From NCBI GenBank assembly GCA_022009755.1, contig CP091722.1, positions 1,092,098 to 1,156,097 of the forward strand: a stretch of 64,000 nucleotides of DNA. The letters run 5' to 3'. Source of the DNA: Oscillospiraceae bacterium. GTDB lineage: Bacteria > Bacillota > Clostridia > Christensenellales > QALW01. The translations under genes were made by a program, and so were the position numbers. The notes beneath the pieces are model-generated. The model was not told the origin of the DNA, made no database searches, and worked only from the letters and a program-made list of their open reading frames with translations. Below are positions 60,382 through 64,000 of this stretch, one piece after another. Position 1 is the first letter of the stretch. Each line of letters opens with the position of its first letter.

Positions 60382-61036
60382 TCACTGTTCCGACGGCACA
60401 AACCCGCACAATGCCGCAGCTCTATATGTTTTGTTTTTTCTCTGCAATATCGCCAGCGCGCACGGGATACTGCCCCTGCATAAAACATATTCCGCCTTCG
60501 GATATCCGGCCTCAAAGAAAAATTGCTTGTATGCATCAAAGGTAAATTTCCTTTTGAAGTCTGCTCCGGCTTTACCGATAGCCCCGGAAACGCCGTTTGT
60601 TTTGCCGTTGTCCTTCTGATTCAGATAAGTCGGAATAATAATCCTTCCTCCCGGTTTACAAACGCGTTCCAGCTCATGCAGCGCCTTATACGGCTCGTCC
60701 AAAAGATGAATGACATTCGCCGCAACCACCGTATCAAAGCATCCGTCCGAATATGCCAGCCCGAGAATGTCCGCCTGTTCAAAACGGACATTTGCATACT
60801 TTCCGTATTCTTTCCGCCCGCTTCAGCATCTTGACGGAAAAATCAGTGGCTGTCAATCTTTTGCAGCGCGGCGCAATCACACCCGTCAAAAGCCCCGTAC
60901 CGCATGCACACTCAAGCACATCGTCAATGGGCGAAATAAGCCTCTCCACCGCCGTGCACATTGCTTTATTTGCTTTTCTGTTTATAATATTTGCAAAAAC
61001 ATCATATATCCACGCAACATCATCCCAAAACATCAA
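60382..61036 (-). CDS. Class I SAM-dependent methyltransferase; one apparent frameshift
   Basis: Motif I VLECACGTGLLT in fragment 61036-60779. The post-I to motif III region (FDTVVAANVIHLL, KPGGRIII) is in fragment 60729-60382 and its upstream extension. Confidence 0.75.
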
Positions 61037-61198
61037 TCGCCCTCCGCATTACTTTTTCAGCAGTGTCAGTGTTAACTTGCACATTTTATATTTCACGCAT
61101 TTTCAGGCTTCGGATGCCAGACAAAGCCTTTTTTCATCCTATGTTAAAGCATATCGGCCGAAAACCGATACTTTCATTACCGATCCGGGAATAAATAA

Positions 61199-61900
61199 TT
61201 ATCTGTTTCTCCTATACCCCGCCCCGTCACGGTATTCGGGATGCTCCTTTATATACGGGTCGCGGTCGCCGCAGATAGTATAATCGCATTTGCAGCCGTC
61301 AACGCAGGTGGATGTGCGGATGAGCCTTGCGCGGATAAGCTCCATGGACGCATAATCCACATTGCACAGCGCCGGCATAACCTCCTCCAGCCCGTGCTTT
61401 TTTGCAAATTCCGCCGCAGGACATGCCGTAAATTCGTAATATATCGGCTTATTCTTATCATACGGCGCAACCTTCATTTCGTAATCGTGCCACTTATCGC
61501 AGCCCGCTTTTGCCCGTGTAAACGCTTTGTACATCAGCTTTTTCCAAAAGGGCTTGTTGCAGTTTACAAATTTCAATCTGCGAAACGCCGGCAATATCAG
61601 ACTCTCTTCAATTTCCTCAATTTCTTTTAAGGAAACCGCATCCCTGCACACGGCATAATAGCTCATAATGGCTATGCAGTCGTATGTACCTCCCGCACCA
61701 TTGTGAAAATTCTTTTTGCCGCCAAGGTCAGTACGCCAATCGGAAAGAAATTCGGCATATTTCCGCCGTACCTGCTCCCATACCTTCTCCGTTTTTTCGG
61801 CGGGATAATGCAGCGCTATTCTCTTTTGAATTTCTTTTTTGCACGGTTTTGAGTACAGCACATGACAGGTGCGGTCAATATGCAGTTCGTTATCGTTCAT
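61199..61900 (-). CDS. L-2-amino-thiazoline-4-carboxylic acid hydrolase-like protein
   Basis: C-terminal Cys pattern FTACPAAEFAKKHGLEEVMPALCNVDYASMELIRARLIRTSTCVDGCKCDY resembles the ATC-hydrolase family. The assignment is from memory of the family pattern only. Confidence 0.55.
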   Translation of the reverse strand: MNDNELHIDRTCHVLYSKPCKKEIQKRIALHYPAEKTEKVWEQVRRKYAEFLSDWRTDLGGKKNFHNGAGGTYDCIAIMSYYAVCRDAVSLKEIEEIEESLILPAFRRLKFVNCNKPFWKKLMYKAFTRAKAGCDKWHDYEMKVAPYDKNKPIYYEFTACPAAEFAKKHGLEEVMPALCNVDYASMELIRARLIRTSTCVDGCKCDYTICGDRDPYIKEHPEYRDGAGYRRNR

Positions 61901-62332
61901 AAGACAAGTCTCCTTTTTGCAAATAATGCGTTTAAGCCGGCTCCGCCCGCAGCTTGCTTGAGTACAGTCTGTGCAATGCCATCCCTGCAGTGGTTAGAAT
62001 ATGCTAACCGCATGACTTTTGAAAAGCTGCCAACGGCAGCTTCCGCCCCGATATTTACGGGAACCCCCTGCGAAATACGGCCACATACCGTTTTCCGATA
62101 CCCCTCATTTTGTAAGTTGTAAAGCCGGTTAATGCCTATTATAAAATATGACCGTAATCGTTTGCGCAGTCATATTATAGCATGTCAAACTCCCATTAGC
62201 AATAAAAAAACTGCGTCTTTTACCTGCCGATATTTCAATAGCCCACCGTGCACGGCATGTGCCGCGCCGCCGTGTATGCCTCGTGTATTTATTCTTAAAC
62301 TCTGCATATCCGAAACTCCGCCCCGGCACGCA

Positions 62333-62869
62333 TCATTGCCCTTCATCGGTTTTTTTACATTGTTCCGCTCCGCAGCGGCAGATAACCGACATAACAATAA
62401 ACATAATGCCAAGCGCAACCGAGCCGGAGCTGCCGAAATCAATCGTCCCCTGCACTGCCTGCCTCGATGCTGCGTAAATTATGCTCACAATTATCTGTAT
62501 CCCGATAGGAATACAAACAGCCAGTATTCCCAGGCGCATCATTTCTCCTGCGCCGCCCGATGTAAACGGGGTGCCGTCGGAAAGCTCCCGCCTGAAATAA
62601 TGCTCTGCAAATTTTGCAAGCACCGCTTCCCCGGCGCAAAAAATCATGCCTGCCGCCATAGCCGCATACACGCCCTTCTCACTGATGTTCTCTGCCTGCA
62701 AAATGCCTTTAAGCGTTATACCGCCTAGCTTCAGCGTCTGAACGCCCAGCGCCATGCTTAAAATGCCCGCAATACAGCCGCAAAAGCCGATAATGCAGAA
62801 AATAAATACTATTTTGCTTAAGACTTTGCCCGTCTTTGAAAGCACCTGAACGGTTTTAAGTGTGTTCAT
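62333..62869 (-). CDS. Hypothetical integral membrane protein
   Basis: 178 aa with four predicted TM helices. No family was recognised with confidence. Confidence 0.55.
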   Translation of the reverse strand: MNTLKTVQVLSKTGKVLSKIVFIFCIIGFCGCIAGILSMALGVQTLKLGGITLKGILQAENISEKGVYAAMAAGMIFCAGEAVLAKFAEHYFRRELSDGTPFTSGGAGEMMRLGILAVCIPIGIQIIVSIIYAASRQAVQGTIDFGSSGSVALGIMFIVMSVICRCGAEQCKKTDEGQ

Positions 62870-62917
62870 TTTAATTTTTCCTCCGTTTTATCCTGTGCCG
62901 CACAAGGCGTCAAACGC

Positions 62918-63523
62918 TTATTTATGCTCCCGTGATGTGATCCAGCTGTCCAGAAACTGCAGCTGATGTTTTGTATGAAACCAATGCTCGCCATCGGGCA
63001 TAACCGTCAGCTCCGCACCCGTGCGCTCTGCAAAGGCCGTCACGGTTTCCGGCGATGTAAGGCTGTCCCGCCCGCCGTACAAAATACAGGTGGGCACGCC
63101 CCAATGCAGCGGATGCTCCCGCACATAGCAAAGATAGTTCCACGACAGCGTTTCGCCAAACTCAGTGGGAATTTCCGATTTTTCCGCAAGCTCCTGCTCT
63201 GTCACGCCCGCCCACGCCATCATTTTGCATATCAGCTTTTCCATATCAACAATCGGCGAGATAAAATATGCCCTGTCAATAAGCGTTTCAGCCGATGCAC
63301 ACATGGAAAAATATGCCCCTATGCTGTTTGCCACAAGCACAAGACTGCCGCAGCGCTCGCGCTGCCCGGCAAAAAACCGCAAAAATTCCTCCTTTGCCTC
63401 CCACGGTGTCTGCGCCCGGTAATCAAACCCCACAACCTCCGCATCGGTAAACAGCGTCCCGTAATGCTCCGCCTCCTGCGCAGAGCCGCCTTTGCCGTGA
63501 ACATATATAACAATATTTTTCAT
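62918..63523 (-). CDS. Alpha/beta hydrolase fold protein
   Basis: YVHGKGGS oxyanion region, nucleophile elbow VANSIGA and a C-terminal DGEHWFH (His of the triad). Confidence 0.7.
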   Translation of the reverse strand: MKNIVIYVHGKGGSAQEAEHYGTLFTDAEVVGFDYRAQTPWEAKEEFLRFFAGQRERCGSLVLVANSIGAYFSMCASAETLIDRAYFISPIVDMEKLICKMMAWAGVTEQELAEKSEIPTEFGETLSWNYLCYVREHPLHWGVPTCILYGGRDSLTSPETVTAFAERTGAELTVMPDGEHWFHTKHQLQFLDSWITSREHK

Positions 63524-63542
63524 AATTATTTCTTTGCACCCT

Positions 63543-64000
63543 TCATGCCCGTATCAGCTTTTTCCCCATTTCCAGCCTTACCTCGCAGCGTTCCGGGTCC
63601 GTATCGGTATAGGCATAAAGGTCAAAGCCTATAATCTCAAAGCCGCACTTTTTATAAAATGCAATCGCCCTTTCATTGCAGGACTGCGTTTCCAGCACCG
63701 CCATCCTCGCTCCCGCAGCTTCCGCTTCTTGAATTATTGCCTCCATAAGCGCCCTGCCTATCCCTTTGCCGCGGTTTTTTCCGTCAAACACACAAATATT
63801 GCTGATCCTGAAACGGTTGTTCCAGCTTTCGATGGATCCCTCGGCAAAGCCTGTCAGCTTTCCGTCCTCAAACGCACCGAATGCCGCCGGAGCCTCCAGC
63901 CACTCTCCGAAAAACACATCGTCAAAAGCTTTTTTCTCCGGCGCCGCAAAGGGTACATATTTTATCAAAAATCCGCTGTCAACGGAGCGAATGTCATAAT
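63543..64000 (-). CDS. GNAT family N-acetyltransferase (streptothricin-acetyltransferase-like); 5' end probably outside window
   Basis: Motif A NRGKGIGRALMEAIIQEA and LETQSCNERAIAFYKKCGFEIIGFDLYAY. The frame stays open upstream of the TTG at 63968 to the window edge. Confidence 0.75.
   Translation of the reverse strand, partial: YDIRSVDSGFLIKYVPFAAPEKKAFDDVFFGEWLEAPAAFGAFEDGKLTGFAEGSIESWNNRFRISNICVFDGKNRGKGIGRALMEAIIQEAEAAGARMAVLETQSCNERAIAFYKKCGFEIIGFDLYAYTDTDPERCEVRLEMGKKLIRA

Overview
This 64-kb chromosomal window comes from a moderately high-GC Gram-positive genome. It looks Clostridia-like: glgB-C-D-A-P gene order, lipobox lipoproteins, AGGAGG-type RBSs and many TTGnnn-17-TATAAT promoters. 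Most genes are on the minus strand.

Content in order:
- MATE transporter (3' part).
- A frameshifted glycosidase-like lipoprotein.
- A glycyl-radical-enzyme (GRE) cluster: GRE, activase and Zn-alcohol dehydrogenase, with a divergent AraC regulator.
- MscS channel.
- prmC-prfA-tsaC.
- A larE-like PP-loop gene.
- A low-GC MATE gene.
- trpS.
- The glycogen operon glgB-glgC-glgD-glgA-glgP plus a GH13 amylase.
- A THUMP/FtsJ-like methyltransferase.
- An ECF sigma / anti-sigma pair.
- A three-gene TerB / P-loop ATPase / DEAD-box helicase operon.
- Cupin, AEC transporter, Wzx-like flippase, HAD hydrolase, uvrC, an ArsR regulator, ispE, a GNAT, an M42 peptidase, and SGNH and other secreted proteins.
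- rplM-rpsI.
- A plus/minus-strand cluster of small modifying enzymes: TetR, DUF998, several GNATs, TfoX-N, a Vat-type acetyltransferase, a methyltransferase, ATC-hydrolase-like and alpha/beta hydrolase genes.

The stand-out accessory module is the TerB/ATPase/helicase operon. I interpret it as a Shango-type anti-phage system, which is a described family and not a new one. Its first gene is interrupted at a G9 homopolymer.

Other unusual signals:
- Two arrays of T6-7 tracts phased at about 11 bp.
- Several short perfect tandem repeats of 7, 9 and 12 bp, two of them abutting ribosome-binding sites.
- A GC-rich multi-hairpin spacer.

Major caveat: roughly two dozen single-base frame breaks interrupt conserved genes, including essential ones (prfA, trpS, rplM). 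Of the four housekeeping junctions I resolved, three (prfA, trpS, rplM) lie at short homopolymers and the uvrC break lies next to one. They therefore look like assembly indel errors rather than real pseudogenes.

I found no tRNA, rRNA, CRISPR array, transposase or integrase.
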